Positions 50,819 to 64,000 of a stretch of DNA of 64,000 nt are shown in pieces. The stretch lies in contig NMRA01000333.1 in assembly GCA_002633005.1 (NCBI GenBank), positions 62,001-126,000 on the forward strand, read 5' to 3'. Made by a program: the position numbers and the translations under genes. This stretch comes from Phoronis australis (Eukaryota > Animalia > Phoronida). Below the pieces are notes generated by a model, which was not told where the DNA came from, ran no database searches, and worked only from the letters and a program-made list of their open reading frames with translations. How positions within the stretch are numbered: position 1 is the first letter of the stretch; every line of letters begins with the position of its first letter.

Positions 50819-53800
50819 ATGGTTAGTATTGCCTCAATGACTTCTAGAGGAATAGGCGACATAACAAAACGCAGAGATGTGTTTCAATTACTAAGAGAGA
50901 AAAAGTGTTGTATTTACTGCCTCCAGGACACTCATTTCACCAAAGAAGAAACGAATTTATCTAGGACAATATTTTGCTGATGTGGTGGTTCGAGCTAAGT
51001 TTGGTAAAATAGAAAAATAGAATGTGGTTGGGATGTTTATTTTAAGATAAAGTAATAATGTACAAAACTAACAGAATGCTTGGAATATAAATTATTTTAC
51101 TAACATAATACAGATGGGCGATAAAAATACGCCATAAATATGCACGAAATGGAAACTCTAAAATATAGCTTGGAGAGATGGAGTTATACTTTACCAGTAT
51201 AAAATATTACGAAACTGGAGGGTTGGAGGCGGAAAAAAATGAATACTGAGAAGAAACACGGTTTGATCGTCTGAATGCAGATAATGTAATAAAGTTCAGT
51301 GAACTCTCCGAATGGAACAAAGAACTATTACGTAAAAAAAGCTGTGAATAAATGAATCACACTGACGTCATACACAGAGACAAACAACTGCAGAATGATG
51401 GATGGAGGAAAATATTCCCTGATAAGTATATTTAATTGAAATTAAAGTTCGTTTATCTAGGACAATATTTTCCTGATGCGGTGGTTCGACCTAAGTTTGG
51501 GAAGTTAAAAAAATAAAATGTGGTTGAGATGTTTATTGTAAGATAAGCAAAAATATAAAAATCTAATAGTATAATAGTTATATAAATCTATTTTTTCTAA
51601 CTTAGCTAAGATGGGCGACAAAAAACGTAAAATGCTGAAAGCACCGCCCATCGTTCTTTCTGGGGTTATGTCATATTTACCAGGAAGACGAGACTGTCTT
51701 GGTGTGTGCATTCTTTTTAATAAGTAACTTTTGTCCAGGACAATTAACGACAAACGGGAAGGAGTCTAGTAGGTATAAACTTGTCTAATTAGGAAAACTT
51801 ACGAGTGAATGTACTGTTTCTTGAGGCTGGGCCAACAGGAAGCTGGAGAGAAAAAACAAACAGCGCTACCATCGGACTTGGTAGGAACTAACTAGGAGTT
51901 GGATATGACGCATGAAGGGCTGCATAATGCCCAAATTATAGGATTTATGTCAGAGTGCCATAAATCTCATTAATTTGAATTTGAAGTAAAGTCCAAAAGA
52001 ATAGATTCGGATGATAATTTGGTTGCCACGGAAGTCTTGATCGAAAACAATTATCTAGTATCTCTGATAAGTTTGTACGGTCCAAACAGAGACAATCCAG
52101 ATTTCTACAGAAATGTTGAGAAAAATATTTTGGATTTAAACCATGGTTTCAGAAGAGGCTTCCTTCCAAACTCCAGCGGGTTATTACCATCAAACTCAAA
52201 GGGAATAAATCGAGAAATAATACAAAGAATTTCCCTCTTAAGTATCAATTACAAACTTTTGTCGTCATGTTCCCAACGAGTTGGTTCTGTAATACAACAT
52301 TTTTAACTGTGTGTATTAAAATGCACTCTTATCAAAAGGGTTCTCTTTGGGCGTTTCATAGCAGAAAATACAAGGCAGGCTTATGACTTGATGCAGTTTA
52401 CGGAAAAGTTTAATAAACCAGGTATAGTTGTGTCGGTAGACTTCGAAAAGGCGTTTGTCTCGGTCTTTTGTTGACAAAAGTTCTAAATTTCTTTAATTTT
52501 GGCCACTCAATAAAAATGGGTCCATGTACTTAACAGAGGGCAATGTGTTATACAGAACGGTGCAACTTTTTTGACATAGGGCGTGGTTGAAGGCAAGGTG
52601 ATCCGTTATAACCATGCCATTTTATTTTATGTGCAGAGATTAGGGGTTGGCTCTTTATACTGTTCAAGAGTGTTACGGGCATCCGTGTCGTATCGGTAGA
52701 ATACAAACTGATGAAGTATGAGGAAACACTTCACATTTTAAACCAATTTGCAAAATATTCTGGTCTAAAGCCTGATCTGAAAAATGTATAAGGATAGGTT
52801 CTATGAAAGGTAGCTATCAAAAATGTACTGTGACGTAAAACTGAAATGACTTTACTGGGTATTCAATTCTCCAGTGATTTAAATAAAATTCCCGACATTA
52901 ATTTCAATAGTAAGCTTAGTGAAATACAGAAGACCATAGTCATTTAGGGAAAAGAAACTTGACACTTTTTGGAAGAATAACAGTTGTGAAATCCTTCAAA
53001 ACTTGTACATCTTTTTACAAATCTCCTGTCCACAGGCCTTCCCTAAGCAGTTGAACTAAACGTTTCACTGTTTTGTATGGAACGGTAAAACGGAAAATTG
53101 TCGCAAGACCATGGCTCAAGAGTATAATGTTGGTGGAGTCAGAATGATTGACGTCACTTCTTTCATGAAAGTCATTAAATTAACTTGGTTTTCGTAAACT
53201 ACTTTGAGTACTACAAGTCCATGGGCAATGTTCGCAAATGGTCTCTTATAGAGAGTATAAAATAATTACTTATTGTTCGGAGATTTCTATTTTAGAAAGG
53301 TGTCTCAAATGACTTCTAATGTGATTTAGAAAGCGGTTTTCAATGTGTACATGAATTCAGATTGTTAGTTCCCGAAAACGATGGTATTCGTCAGCTTCTA
53401 TGGATGAATTGGAAAATATTAATAGATAGCAAGCCTGTTGTCTATAAAGAGTGGTTTCTAAAAGGCATAACTCATGTACACGACTTGTTTGATTCTGATG
53501 ATTGTTTCCTTAATCACGAGGAGTTTATACAGAAATTTCACTTTAGCCCTCAAGCAACTTCATTTTGTGGTCTACGAAGCTAATTGTACGCTAACTGGAG
53601 TTATCTCAGGGAGGGAAAGCTTCAAGTAATTTTTGTGACCGCTTCGTCCACGATTCCCCAAATTATTTTGGGTGTGAATAAAATTTACAATATTACTGTC
53701 TCTTAAGTTTGAGAAAAAACAAAGTGTCAAATGAAATGGAATGAGAAAGTAAATGTCCCGGATGCTACAAAATGGTGGTATAATGTTTTTTCCTACATCT

Positions 53801-54460
53801 ATTCATTCACTGAAGATGTTCCTCTGAGATGGTTCCAATTTAGGCTGGTTCACAGAATTATAGGCCGTAATGATTTTTTACACAAGATTGGCTTAACTGG
53901 TAACTCATTGCGTATGTTTTGCTTAGATGAAAGTGTATCTACTGTCCATGTGTACTGGTCTTGGAATCGTTGCTCATCAGTTTTGGATTAATGTTAATAA
54001 CTGGCTCGTAGATGCTGTTGTACATAGTTTAGAACTGTCCTTACAACCAGCTCTGTATGGTGTTCAGGTGGAAGTGATGGTTCTTTGTCTTGTCGTCAAG
54101 TACCATATGTACAGGCAACGGTTGAAGTGCAACAATTCCAGCCTTGTACTGTTTCAAAAGGAAGTTGCAATGTACGTTTCCACTAAAAGATACATATTCT
54201 GAAACAAAAATATATACGATGAATTTATTGAACGCTGGCAAGGTCTTGACCTTTATTGCTTACAGTGAATGACTCATAGCCTCTACTTATTTTAAAAATG
54301 TTTAAATTACTTTTGTATATTGTTAGCACTGTACATAAGTTGACCTTAACTGTTCCTTGACTAAAACAAAAAAAAATAATTAGTTACTGTCGTGAGGACA
54401 CTCTAATTGTGTGATCTGTATCGTACTCATTATATTGAATAAAAAGTTCAGAAGAAAAAC
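50819..54460 (+). mobile_element. Degenerate Tx1/L1-clade LINE ORF2 (APE endonuclease, RT, zf-RVT), internally deleted and interrupted
   Basis: MVSIASMTSRGIGDITKRRDVFQLLREKKCCIYCLQDTHF (50819), LISLYGPNRDNPDFY (~52060), ISLLSINYKLLS, GRFIAENTRQAYDLMQF...SVDFEKAF, GRG*RQGDPL, LRWFQFRLVHRII...FC; many stops and frameshifts; AATAAA and A-rich end at ~54440-54460. Confidence 0.9.
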
Positions 54461-56402
54461 ACACACAGGGTAGACATCCTTTTCACACCAGGTTTTGTGA
54501 AAAATAGATTTTGATCTTAGAATTATACCACAGGGAAGATAAATGTGTCCATTTTCGTCACTTATTTGGAATTGCTTAAAGCTTTCTTCCAGAACAGATT
54601 GTCGGTTCCACACGCTAGTTTTTAAGAGAACGCGTGCCCAATTTTAAAGAACTTGACAATTTTTACTGTAATACAACCCTGGGTCCACTTTTATAGGATA
54701 TATTTCTGGGATATTTTCCGGGATCTTTTCTGCAAAAGTTTTATCCTTGGAACAAAGCTAACAATTGAGCAATTTCTACATTCATACGATAAACTTCTCA
54801 AGATTCCGAAAATAATTTGAAAAAAGACTCGCATGAATGGATCTTGTGACTAGACTGCAAGGTTACAAAATTCCAAACTAGGGATTTGTTATGCCAAACT
54901 GGATTCACCTTCTGTTTCAGTTGCGGTGTCCCTCGACGCCCAGTTTCTTCGCACATCCTCGTACTGTACCTACACACAGTGGCAATATGCTGCTCAAATT
55001 CTTATCGTGTTGTGAAAGTGTCTTTGTTAACATCTTCTTGGCAGGAGAACAACCACTTAAAGAACGTGGCAAAAATGTGATTACTAACAGGTGACTGAAA
55101 ATCAAATCCAACCAAGAACTGAGCCTAGAAGAGCCCTAGTCGAATTATAAGAACCAGTTCAGAGTAATCTTACCCAACTACACTTTCATACAGGGGTATT
55201 GGAGCTCTCTTCGCAGGAAGGGAAAGGATAGTGTCTACATGACGTCAAAATACAGATCAATGTCCATGGAAAAATGGTAGCCAAGAAATGAATACCAAAT
55301 AATGAAATGAGACAATACCTACATAGACACTACTTGCTTAAATAAAATGGCTCTCTGGTCAGCCAGAGACAACATTGTGATTTTCAGTCTATTGTGAGCC
55401 AAAATTATTTATACAATTTACCGAAATTTATGAAAGTATAGTACAGGGCAGACACAATAGCCGACGCAATACCTGGAACATGAAATGTTCACACGTGGCG
55501 ATACCTGACTGAGAGTGCAAAATACACACGTGAGTCGGCGGCACATCTTTACTGGCCCACGGTTATAATATAATGAACTTTTTCTGGCAAACGGGTCTAT
55601 TTTATGGGGTGTCAAAACAATTTGCTCACACAAAGAACGTCAATTTTGAAGGATAACCTCGCATGTGACGAACTTATAAAGGATGGTATTCTCGATGTCA
55701 CGTGTTCTGTGAAGTACGCACTATACTCCAGTGTGAGCTGTTATGGTAGAATTTATTACTATGGCCAGGGTCGGATTAAGGTTTCCTCGGCCCTTAAGCT
55801 ATAAAAAGTTCGACGCCCTAGAAATTTGAACTGTACCCGGATTCCACACCCTCCGGACGTCACAATTTTTACCTTCTAGGTTGACGCAACTTCCGAGGAA
55901 CCCCTCTACCTAATAGTCGGGTCTCCCTTTTAGTGCTTAATGGGTAACCCGGCACCGGTTATGAAAAAGTAAATATGCATTTGAATGAACTTACAGTCAA
56001 TGTGTCAATTACGGAACACATCGCAGATTATTTACTTAATACTGGAACAACTATGGAAAAATAGTTGAACTCGTCCAAAACTCATCAAATGTCCCTCTTC
56101 ATTTATCCTTACACCAATTTTGAAACTTGTAGAGCAATTAGTTGATATCTGAATTACACAATGAATGTTTGTGGTGTTTCAGCCTAGTTAATAAGTGATC
56201 TTGATGAACCACAAAGTTTAAAAAATAAATACATTTTCAAACGTTACGTGATGAATCTGTTATTATTTTCGTAAACCTCATTCTATCATTTGCATTGACT
56301 AAATTTGTGACAGACCTGTAAACTCAGTTTAGTGACTTCCAAACACGACGCCACACTCACGAATCTGACATACGCATCCAAAAAGCATGGCTCTGGGACA
56401 GC

Positions 56403-56539
56403 AAACACGGCTCCGGCACCTGTGAAGAAGGCACATGGACCCTGATCACTGAACCATGCAGGTGATGCTTAAACACGGCTCCGGCACCTGTAAAGAAGGC
56501 ACATGGACCCTTCACTGAACCATGCAGGTGATGTTTAAA
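56403..56539. repeat. ~68-bp tandem duplication
   Basis: aaacacggctccggcacctgt(g/a)aagaaggcacatggaccct..tcactgaaccatgcaggtgatg occurs twice. Confidence 0.9.
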
Positions 56540-59500
56540 GCAATGTTTTGTAATTTCGGAGTCGTGTTTATACAGCACATGTCACGAATTTTTGTCCGAC
56601 CGGAAGTACGTCGACGACCGGTCCGAGTCGTCTAGCCGACCAGCAGCCGATCATCAAGCGTCGGCTTAGAGCCGTCAGCTGAGTCACCTCTCCGGTCGGC
56701 AATTGGGTTGGGAACTCGGTCGCCTAGATTAGACGACCAATTCGGATTATGCGTATCCTCAGTCGGTAATTACCATGTTATGGCTTAGCATCAGAAATTA
56801 GCTTTGGCCAAGCAAGGCATCGAACTGTTTGTTGTTCGTTCTCTATAGTGACCACAGTTGATCAACTTTCTCTCGACTATTTAACATACTAAAACCGAAC
56901 GAACTGCGTGATATTAGAACAAGTAAATGTTCTTGTGGAATTATCGACCGCGTGGTAAATCAAACTCTACATGATCTCGCGGAAATATTTCGAACTCTAG
57001 CTCTGAGGTGTTTTTACGCATAACAATCAAGAAATTTTAAATGCTACATTGAAATTGTAAGAAAATTCAAAAACAACGCTGGACGAGCTACGACCACAGG
57101 TGTTTTCAAGCCGGGAAATGTTTCATGAGTAGCTCGCAATTGTACCCATGCAGTATTTACTGCTTTTGACTACCACTTCATGACCAATTTGCATCTTCCC
57201 GTTGAAAATTGTTTTATTTTGCATAATTTGAAAATATGCCGGTGATAGAAAAAAAGGTTTATTTTGGATACAACGTCAACAACCGAATGTTCAATAGCAC
57301 CGACTTTAACGTCATCAATGCATGAATACGGCGTGAGCAAAGCTAGGATTGGTTGTGGCGTCAACCACAATCCTGCAGTCCGTGTTTGAAGTCACTTTCC
57401 GAGTTCGTAAAAATCGCAACCTTATTATTTCGAATGCAGCTTTCCGAGCCCGTAGGTGTAAATACACAATACTGGGTGTTTCGCGTGTCTTTACTCCAAG
57501 GGGTTAATACTTTGAAATTACAATCTTCGGAGTAATGGCCTTTCAGAGTTTTAACTCATCCATCTTAAAGAAAAATCCACGCGGAAGTAATTGCGGTTTC
57601 ATCGATGGCGTTAAGAATAAATTAGTAATTCAGAAAAGAATAGCATGCCACACAGAAACGCATACAGCATTCAAATCTACGGCACAGGTTACAAAGCAAA
57701 TTTAGTTTCTCATGGGGCGATTGGTTAACAGTGTTCAATTAGTCACTGTTCTAAGAGAATCCGACTTCGAATTTCTTGATAGAAAATTTACCTCGCTTTC
57801 TACAATGTCTTATAACAGGGGTGTGAATTTCTTTTACCGTGGTTGATAATGAAGTTACCTATGTTGCTTCGGTTTTAATTTCTTTACAAGTTGCCACTCT
57901 ACTTTAGGTTTTGTTTTTCGTTTACATTTTGAAGAGGTACGATATATGCATGCGGAATATGTCCAGTTTCAAAAACACGTACTGGGATGGTGAATCTGGA
58001 GGCGCAAGTCAAGGCATCATAAAATTCAACAGTGTTTGTAATAGCTGCAAATTTGTGACTGCAAATTGTACAGTCGAAGCACACCTGACGATTAGAATTA
58101 AACGTATACAACAACGTTCATGATAATTCCTTTATTGCAGGCACTGACGGGGATACAATGTTATTAAAGGGGACAACTATTACTGCATTGAGCCACCTAC
58201 ACCAGGCGTCTACCAACACTAAAACGTTAAAAATAAAACAACTGCTTGGTCAATAGTCAGATATATTGTACCCACTATTTTGAGTATAACATGCATTAAC
58301 CTGGTTCTGGGAAACCTGTCCACGAAGCCCGTTACTCTGTAAAGTGTCATTGTAATGTAAGTTTCATGCAAATAAATGCAAATATTCAAGGCAAATAAAT
58401 GCTTGGACACATTCAAGGCGAATAAAGGTTATCTTTAATTACATGTAATTACCATTTCAAACACCTGTTGAGTGATTATTTCTGACGAGTGTAAAAATAA
58501 AAAAATCCACTATCACGATCTAGCTGGAATCACGCACGATTAAACTAGTCAACTACGCCTTTTGTGTTGGTACACAATACTGTAGTTAAGCTGGTCGGAG
58601 CTTAGTCACACAAAGGAATCGAAACGTGAAAGTTAAGTCTACTTTCTCTGAAGGTCCACCGTTTTTCTCCATTCGAAATTTTTTGGTGATTGTATTTCGT
58701 TCCAAACACAAGTGCTTTACGATATTTGTTGGAAGTCGTTTGCAAATAGTATTTTTAAATATCGGTTAGCCTCAGACGCGCTTTTTACAACATAATTACG
58801 TAAGCTCATCAGATGAAAACATGAATAAGTAAGCTTGGACCCGTTCCAACAAAACTGACTTTGCTAAGACAAATGTTAAACTTCAGTAAATGTTAAGATA
58901 AGACTTAAATTTGTTTCGAGATCGTTTCAAGAAAAAGCTCTTAAGTTTGAGTTAAGTTTTTGACAAAAGTTTTGTCTTAATTTTGACTACCCTACCCTAT
59001 GTAGAAATTTGGAAGTTAAGACAAATCTTAGACTTAAGTAAAAAATGAACTTGGACTATGTAAACATTGGTTTGCCACTGTCAAACTGATTAACAACACG
59101 TCTGTAACCCTGCAGGCCGATCAGGCTGCCAGGTTACTCCTTCCACAGAGCGGGTGCGTAACGAAATACAGAATCTAGGCTGTTATTAGTGAGTGCCGTA
59201 GCATTTTAGTTTGCGTTCTTTCCAAAAATCACCAGGAAAATATATGCCAGAAATATTGTGCACCGAAATTGATGTATTCAATGCAGCGTAAAAAATTGTT
59301 GTCAGATAAAAACATGTGTGTGACTCTAGTGTACACAAAAGTTCTTTTGTACTATGCATAGTTGGTTACAATTCCGATATTACAATAATCGAATACATTA
59401 CGAACGTACGTAGTTACTGTTGATTTACGTAAGGCTCTGACCACACGACTCTGGAAACTTTTGAAAACACACTTATTTCTTTACGCAGATATGCTGTAGG

Positions 59501-60184
59501 CACTACATGCATCGACTAAACTGGTTAATCGTCCTCAAACTTTTTTAAAACTCCGTAGCCTATTCACCGCAGTCTTGTCCGAAGGCGAAAATACTTTGAA
59601 CGCACATTTACTGCGGTTTTGTGAACATACCGAAAAGCTAACGTCACGGTCGTACATTAAAAACGCAAAAAAGCTCCTGAATTGATCGGGACAGGGGCAA
59701 TAAAACCGAACTCGATACTATAACGATTCAAAGACCGAATGTGCAGATTACTTTCACGTCTTGTTATTTAAAACTGGGTGCGTTGTTCACAATCGCAAAA
59801 TGTTCAGTTACCGGTCGCCTTCAACCTTCGAATTAGTGGTGTTTCACAACCGAGTGTATCAGTGAGACATACATTAAAACTAGGTTGATTTATTTCACCC
59901 AGTGCAGTGACCAACACGCATCGGAACGCACGACAACCTATTACGCAAACTTCAAGAAAAACAGATCTAGCTACCGCGAACCTTTGAAGCAGCGACAGGG
60001 GAGGGTGGTGGGCTAAATGGGTGAGGGGCTCGAGATCGGGGTGTTAACGTGGTACAATTGGCTAGAATGAAGCACAAATAATATGCTCAAAGCTGAACTG
60101 AATCAAGCGAATGCATCTCGGCAACACTTCACAGTTGTACGGATCTTTATCATCTTTTTTCTTACGTGAGTTACCCCCATTTAA

Positions 60185-60831
60185 AGAAGCCTGGAACGCA
60201 AAAACAGGCTACATTACATTATTCAATGTAGTTATCTGCCACTGAAAAAGAATTCTTCCTGATCACCAGATACTTTTACGGTCTGTTTGTAAAGATTTCC
60301 TTTTAGTTTCAAATTTCAAAGCAAACTTATTCTGTTCGTTACTTCGTCGACTTTTCTACCACAAGGCAAAGCACGTCTCCTCATTTGGTATGGCAAAACA
60401 AAGACGTAGCATATTTCCCTTATATGAAAAATCTGACCTTTGGCCTTTGTCGCAAACAAAACAATGGCGACTTAAGCAGCAGCCAGTCCTAAAATCGATT
60501 GCTTCATTGGCTTGCCTCATACTGTGCTATCGACCTCAGATTCGCAATGCGATCACACATGATAATCTGCCGTTGATACCCATCTTGTCAGTCCGCTGCT
60601 TGTCGAATGACTGTGAGCGCATGCGCCAACCAATCATAAGTGGGACGGAGATTAGGAACTCTGTGGTGACTACAGTTTTTCCTTCGCCCGTATCTTAAAA
60701 ATCGCGAATTTTTGCGATTTTTTTCTTGAAACTGGGAAGGTGAATAACTCTGGAGTAGACGTTGTGAGATGGTACTTTCGTCAGGAATTGTTTACAAGAT
60801 ATTTTGACGAGCTTTCTTGTTCTACGCCTCT
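60185..60831 (+). mobile_element. MITE family C copy
   Basis: TTAA|agaagcctggaacgc ... gttctacgcctct|ttat; colinear with 49473-50181. Confidence 0.82.
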
Positions 60832-61136
60832 TTATTGTAAATGGAATTCCCTCCTTTTTGCGAAAATTGTCACTTTCATCTCACGAGATGTCGTGTCAGA
60901 GAAGGACTTATTTTAACCTGAGCGCGTAGGTTCTCACGCAATTGGTAAATTTCGCGTTAAATTTATGAAATGGACATCACACATACCTGCACAAATTCGA
61001 GTATAATGACACATAGTGTCTACGTGGTTGGTGATTTATTAAATATTAATTATGAATTGAGCCAGTCGGTGCCAGGCCATTCTCCTATAAAAACCCTGGT
61101 TGAATTGAGCGTTAGCGAATACCTCACAAATCAGTG

Positions 61137-61206
61137 ATGTCTTTAACTGCAGTCTTACTGTTGTTCAGTACCGTGGTCGGTTTATCGTCCGCTGAACCTG
61201 CCTCGT
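61137..61206 (+). CDS. First coding exon (signal peptide) of an unidentified secreted protein
   Basis: TATAAAA at 61086, ATG 61137, MSLTAVLLLFSTVVGLSSA-EPAS, consensus donor T|gtaagt in phase 1. The rest of the gene probably lies beyond the window. Confidence 0.65.
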
Positions 61207-61523
61207 GTAAGTATTACGATTTTTTTTAGAGTAACCAAAGCCATGAAATATTTGCAAAGATAGATTGCGCGCTTTCCCTTTGAAAAAGCAATGGGATCGT
61301 AATGCCAGACGGGACAGTTTAGGTGACTCGTTCATACTTCATCAATCATTATGCTACCCCGGTGTAACCAGTGACCATGAAAACTGAACAACCATGTACT
61401 ATAGACTGACACAACCGTAACTGAATCTGAAAGCATTGGGATTGGTTATTAAATTTTTTCATTGACCTTTGGCTGAAGATAAGTCTACTGGTGGTGTAGC
61501 GTGTTTCCCAAAAGCAGGCTAAG

Positions 61524-62850
61524 CAGGCCCGTAGCCAGGGGGTTCGATCGAACTCCCCCCCCCCCCCAAAAAAAGGTCCAGTCCCGGCCTATCCGTTAAA
61601 GATGGGATATAGATGGACAACAACAACAACAACATTCAGTTCGGAAATGAGGACATTCGAAGTAGTGAACTTTCGAAGGTAGCGAACCTTCGGTGTAACT
61701 TCGGAGTAGTGTACTTTCGGAGTAGTGAACCTTCAGAATTATGACATGTAACCTTGGAAATCTTTTCCATCAAGCTTGCTGAATGAGAAAATAATTGTGT
61801 TTGTGTCCATTTCGTAAGTATTTAAAGGGTGATCAAAAGTTGAATAGTTCTTAAAACTTTGATTACATTGTTGACAGATGAGCTTAGTTCTAATCACTGC
61901 AAATCGTGAATCTTGTATCTAACCAACGACTCATTCAGTCTTAAGCACGCCAACATCGGGTCAGGACATCGGCGACCAATAGCGGCATTTTTAAAATTTA
62001 GAAGACTGAATGGGACTCTGCAACTTCGTGAAGATTGGCAGGGACAGGGTAGCCTAGTAACTACATTTAGTTTTGACCCGGCCATGCGCGTGGTTCTGAT
62101 TGGTGAGTTTGAGGCGCAGCGGCCCTAAACTAGCTCAGCCACGCTGTGAAATGATGCGACCTTGAATGTACCGTGCTTGATAACGCACCAATATTCCTAC
62201 TTCATGTAATTCTTTTAAAAATTCAAGTACGAACTCATTTTTTGTATTCGAAAGACACGCGGGCAATTTTGCATGCGCATGAGACCCGGGGGTTGTTTGA
62301 GAATAGGTACACCACCTAGTGCATCCAATAACTAAATTGCCGTTTAGTTTTGCAGGTAACAGTATATCCGATTCACCCAAGGCGGAAATTTTAGATCTTT
62401 TTGGAGTAATGAACCTTTGGAGTAGTGGGCTGTTCCCATATCCAGCGATGTAAGCAAAATACAATCAGATCAAAATATTTAAGTCGATCATTCTCCGGTT
62501 AAATATTTCCGTCCGAGTATGTAATGCGGTGTAATCACTCATTTAAGGACAGTCGGTTTGAAAGTTTGGTGGGGGGTAACGCGGGAACGCTCTCATTCTG
62601 GACCACATTACATCCGAATTTGGGTCCCGTTCTTTGTGAGCAACCGTCAGGGCATCCTCATTTCTGGTATTACGAATTCCGTCTGATCTTGGGAAAATAG
62701 AGCTGAGAGTCGTCTGTATACAGATCCCCCCCAGTTGAGCTGCGTCAAGGGCCTTACCAAAAACTCTACAATGTCGACGTTGGCAAAATATCAAAGGTCC
62801 ACCGTACTAGAAATTCAAACCACCCCCGCGCAATGCTGGCTACGGGCCTG
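61524..62850. mobile_element. hAT-like non-autonomous element with perfect 15-bp TIRs, carrying nested repeats
   Basis: CAGGCCCGTAGCCAG / CTGGCTACGGGCCTG; flanks ctaag/ttaag (possible 5-bp TSD); contains (CAA)n and a ~16-bp ttcggagtagtgaac array at ~61640-61750. Confidence 0.75.
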
Positions 62851-63199
62851 TTAAGTCTTAGCCATGGAAAATCTGTCTACAATTCGAAGCCAAGACATAG
62901 AAAGACGTACCTGTAATGATAAGCCGTAGTGTAAGTCTAAACTATAAGTATATCAAGGCAAATCAACCTTTCAAACATAAGGGTGTCCCAGTGCGATGAG
63001 CCTATTAAGTAAAGTGTACCGCAGCAATAGAGACATTGCTGGGCTATCATATTACATGTTCCTCCAAAGGAAAGGTTTACGCAAGTCACTTTAAAATCAA
63101 GAGTCCTCGTTACAAAATGAACTTATGTCTTACTAGTAACTGGTAACTATACTAAGTCATATGAACGAGAAAACACGTGGGCACTAAAGTCCTTGTCTA

Positions 63200-64000
63200 T
63201 CCAGTAACATAGTCCTGTAGCTTCAGAAGAGGTCCAGTTTCACGGGACAAACGTCTCGGACCATGTTCCTCTATGGTAGTAGGGGGTTGCACTGGGTTGT
63301 CGTCGCCACACTGTTTCAGCATGGATCGGTTCCGGGGAAGTTGGGAACCATCAGGAGTCTGGATCAGGTATGATCTCAGCTCATTGCTTGCACTAGTAAC
63401 GGTGGTGGGAGCTCAGGTGCCTGTGTTTGGTTGGTATGTTGCAACAAGCTAGCTCTTCTGCAAAGGGTCCAAATCTTGCGTTCGTGCCTTGGAATCATAA
63501 TAGGCCTTCTGGTGTTGTTGTCTTTCTTGGAAACGCTCCAGGTGTTACAATTCACTTCACCCTCGCTGCAGACGACCGGCGGAAGGTAGTAGCCTTCGAT
63601 AATGTCGTGAGTTCAGTAAGACGGCAGGAGACGGAATTGTGTGGTCGACTGGTGTTGTTCGATACGACAGTACTGCAAGATATGGATCACGACCATCACT
63701 ATAGGCCTTGACTGGAAGGTGCTTGACGGCTTGGACCATTCCCTCGGCGAATCCGTTGCTCTGTAGGTATAATGGGGAACTTGTGGTATGTATGATACCT
63801 CATTGGTGACAGAAAGATGCAAATTCCTGGAAGCTATACAGTGGTCCGTTGTCGGAATTCAGTTGCTCTAGTATTCCATTCTCTGTGAAGACCGATTTCA
63901 GGTGGTGGATGAAAGCTAGTGATGTAGTTGATGACAGCTAACGTATAAATGGAGAAATAATAATAAATGAAGCTGTTTGCTACAATAAGATACTGCTGTC
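63200..64000 (-). mobile_element. Degenerate Ty3/Gypsy LTR retrotransposon integrase region
   Basis: HLKSVFTENGILEQLNSDNGPLY...FASFCHQ*GIIHTTSSPLYLQSNGFAEGMVQAVK...DPYLAVLSYRTTP...SPAVLL: rve integrase motifs SDNGP, SNGxAE and YRxTP, with stop codons. Confidence 0.9.

Noticed and set aside
56333-56461. Possible exon reading ...GTCEEGTWTLITEPC (Sushi-like end)
   Set aside because: Lies in a tandem duplication, has weak splice context and no flanking exons.

Overview
Eukaryotic (metazoan) genomic DNA, AT-rich, intron-containing and dense in repeats. The repeat types suggest a marine invertebrate, probably a lophotrochozoan such as a mollusc (inference). There are two assembly gaps (30209-30828, 34205-34320). 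Recognisable genes: (1) the last three coding exons of an ATF2/ATF7/CREB5-family bZIP gene at the left edge (+); (2) a complete 141-aa neuropeptide precursor with three coding exons at 43693-44934 (+), which releases a single tachykinin-like peptide, NNTKYPKNHRFYAMRamide, with a likely CRE/TATA promoter and non-coding exon at about 39.5-39.9 kb; (3) weaker candidates: two TATA plus signal-peptide exons (17087, 61137) and a two-exon orphan ORF on the minus strand (8779-6941). Mobile DNA: a Penelope-like inverted-repeat insertion carrying two hammerhead ribozymes, THAP-bearing Kolobok-type elements and MITEs with TTAA TSDs, two Helentron/HINE-like elements whose ~145-bp tandem units carry CTCF-like motifs, RTE, Tx1/L1 and RNase H-type LINE remnants, a Gypsy integrase remnant, a tRNA-derived SINE, several MITE families and minisatellites. 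All calls were made by eye; no database searches were run.
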